A stretch of DNA of 64,000 nucleotides, taken from NCBI GenBank assembly GCA_001662655.1, contig KV460210.1; one strand, given 5' to 3'. The stretch's first letter is position 1, and each line of letters begins with the position of its first letter. The translations under genes and the position numbers were made by a program. This document shows, piece after piece, positions 61,801 to 64,000 of this stretch. Source of the stretch: Pseudogymnoascus verrucosus (lineage: Eukaryota). The notes under the pieces are model-generated. The model was not told the origin of the DNA. It ran no database searches and saw only the letters and a program-made list of their open reading frames with translations.

Positions 61801-64000
61801 CCGGAAGCATCCACTGAAGCAATTCTCTGCGAAACAGACTATCCCCGTTCGAGTTCTTGGTATCCATGATGCCAAAAACCATAGGTTCTTGCCCATCACC
61901 CACACAGCCGGCAAGACGGCAGTCTTCGAACTGTCTGCAAAGTTGGCTAAAACAACAGAGAGCGCACCAGAGGCTCTTACCCTTAATAAAGTGAAGGTGG
62001 GGTCATCTTGGATTGCATTTGTCAACAATGTGCGTGACGATTGCCTCTGGGTTAATATATCCCCCAACGTTCGGGGACGTATCGGCGCTCTTGACATCTC
62101 CGACGATGTATCCTTACTCAACAACCTCGAGTCAAAGTTTCCAGTTGGGTCTGCCATAAAAGTCAGCGTGACTGGGATTGATGTTGCAAATAACCGCCTG
62201 GACCTAAGCGGCCGATCAGCAAGAGGCAGCAGCAGTGCTTTGAGTTTCCAAGATTTAAAGAAGGATATGGTTGTACCTGCAAGGGTCACTAAGGTCACAG
62301 AGCGTCAAATCATGGTCCAACTGAGCGATAAAGTCTCAGGGCCAGTGAACTTGACTGATCTTACTGATGACTTCTCCGACGCCAACCCAACAATCTATTC
62401 GAAAAACGATATTGTTCGCGTGTGTATCACAGACGTTGACGTCCCCAACAAACGCATAAGGCTCACAACAAGACCATCCCGAGTTCTCAATTCCTCTCTA
62501 CCTGTTAAAGATGCGGAAGTTTCATCTGTTGCGCAGCTGAAGGTGAATGATGTTGTCAGGGGCTTTGTCAAGAATGTTGCCGAGAATGGCATATTCATCA
62601 GCCTTGGTGGGAACGTGACAGCCTACACTCGAGTATCCGACCTCTCCGACGCCTACATCAAGGAATGGAAGTCAAGCTTCCAGGTCGATCAGCTTGTCAA
62701 GGGAAAAGTGATAGCCGCCGATCCAGCCTTGAACCATGTCCAGTTGAGCCTAAAATCGTCTATTGTCGACAACGATTATGTTGCACCTATATCACTTAAT
62801 GACCTGGAGGTTGGCCAGACTATTACTGGCAAGATTCGAAAGGTTGAGGATTTCGGTGTGTTCATCGTTGTGGACGGCTCGATGAACGTTAGTGGTTTAT
62901 GCCATAGGAGTGAAATGGCTGAAAGTCGGGTCACAGATGTCAAGAAGCTTTACTCTGAGGGTGATGCTGTGAAGGCAAAGGTACTAAAGATTGAATTAGA
63001 CAAGAGGCGCGTAAGCTTTGGTCTAAAAGCTTCATACTTCAAAGATCAATCCGAAAGTGACGAGGAAATGGATGATGGCATAGAAGATGGCATGGAAGGA
63101 GTACAACTGGGTAGTGACGACGACGCAAATTCGGAAGAGGAGGATTCCGGCAACTTGGAGAGGCTTGACGCATCAGCCGCATTATCAGGAGATGATTCGG
63201 ACTCCGATATGGAAGATGCTCCACAGAAACCAAGCGGTCTCCCACTCGAAGCGGGAGGATTCAACTGGACTGCGTCCACCCTGGATGATGCGGACCAGCA
63301 AATTGGTATAGATTCTGATGAAGAGGGGTTGGCAAGTGCGTCGAAAAAGAAGACACGCCGCAAGCCACTTATCAAGGTCGACCGTACTGGAGAGCTTGAT
63401 GCCAATGGCCCACAGTCGACAAGTGATTTCGAACGGCTATTGCTGAGCGAACCGGATTCTTCACAGTTGTGGATTGAATACATGGCTTTCCAGGTGAAGC
63501 TCAGTGAACTTGCCAAAGCACGAGAGGTTGCAGAGCGAGCCATTCGAACCATCAACATGCGCGAAGAAGCGGAGAAGATGAACGTATGGATAGCCCTGCT
63601 TAACCTGGAAAATGCGTATGGAAGCGATGACACGACCGAAGAAGTCTTCAAACGTGCCTGTCAGTATAACGATGCTTTCGAAATCCATGAACGGTTGACA
63701 AGCATCTACATTCAGTCGGGCAAGCATACCGTAAGCTACAACTTCTACAGCCCTTTTCTAGTTTCAGAATTTGCTAACAATTACAACAGAAAGCCGATGA
63801 GCTCTTCCAAGTTCTGATCAAGAAGTTTTCGCAATATCCCAATGCCTGGTACAATTATGCGCATTTCCTGCATTATACGCTGTCATCTCCAGATAGAGCA
63901 TGGGCTCTTTTACCCAGGGCCATTCAGTCGCTACCATCGCATAACCACCTCAGTCTCACGATCAAGTTTGCAGCTCTCGAGTTTCACTCACCGCATGGCT
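58802..64000 (+). CDS. RRP5: rRNA biogenesis protein Rrp5 (S1 repeats + HAT/TPR); 3' end lies outside the window. Exons 58802-59248, 59300-63730, 63790->64000
   Basis: N-terminal FPRGGASVLTPLE, many S1 repeats (GQYLRA.V, GFVHISRV, GFVKN...GIFI, GKIRKVEDFGVFI), and the HAT region DFERLLLSEPDSSQLWIEYMAF...EKMNVWIALLNLE. Introns 59249-59299 and 63731-63789. Confidence 0.96.

Noticed and set aside
1..64000. tRNA, snRNA, rRNA, telomerase RNA or autonomous transposon
   Set aside because: I saw no cloverleaf or B-box context, snRNA signature, telomere template, or transposase/RT ORF by eye. tRNAscan-SE and Rfam were not run.

Overview
Gene-dense eukaryotic DNA from a filamentous ascomycete. Short GT-AG introns with CTAAC/CTRAC branch sites and the gene content point to Pezizomycotina; a Leotiomycete such as Pseudogymnoascus is my inference and is untested. 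I reconstructed 19 mostly intron-containing protein genes by hand: an ADF-H-domain protein (cut by the left edge), TOM22, a DPB11/Cut5-like BRCT protein, an alpha-arrestin, FZO1, VPS2, PTC1-type PP2C, a DUF4211 protein, a DUF4449/BPI-like protein, a CDC25 Ras-GEF, a C2H2 + fungal-specific transcription factor, CDT2, SPB1, a THI74/YML018C-like transporter, YPT7, ATG16, DOT1, a YML020W-like protein and RRP5 (cut by the right edge). I saw no tRNA, rRNA, CRISPR array or intact transposon. I cannot support a whole new biological system from the sequence alone. The best leads are: a compound inverted-repeat element at 8681-8838; a ~6.5 kb strand-skewed non-coding region between CDC25 and the transcription factor; a YML020W-family protein with an HSQG motif and a PTS1; a 7-nt microexon in SPB1; a GC-AG intron in the arrestin; an overlapping uORF at the ATG16 start; and MCB and CRE motif clusters.
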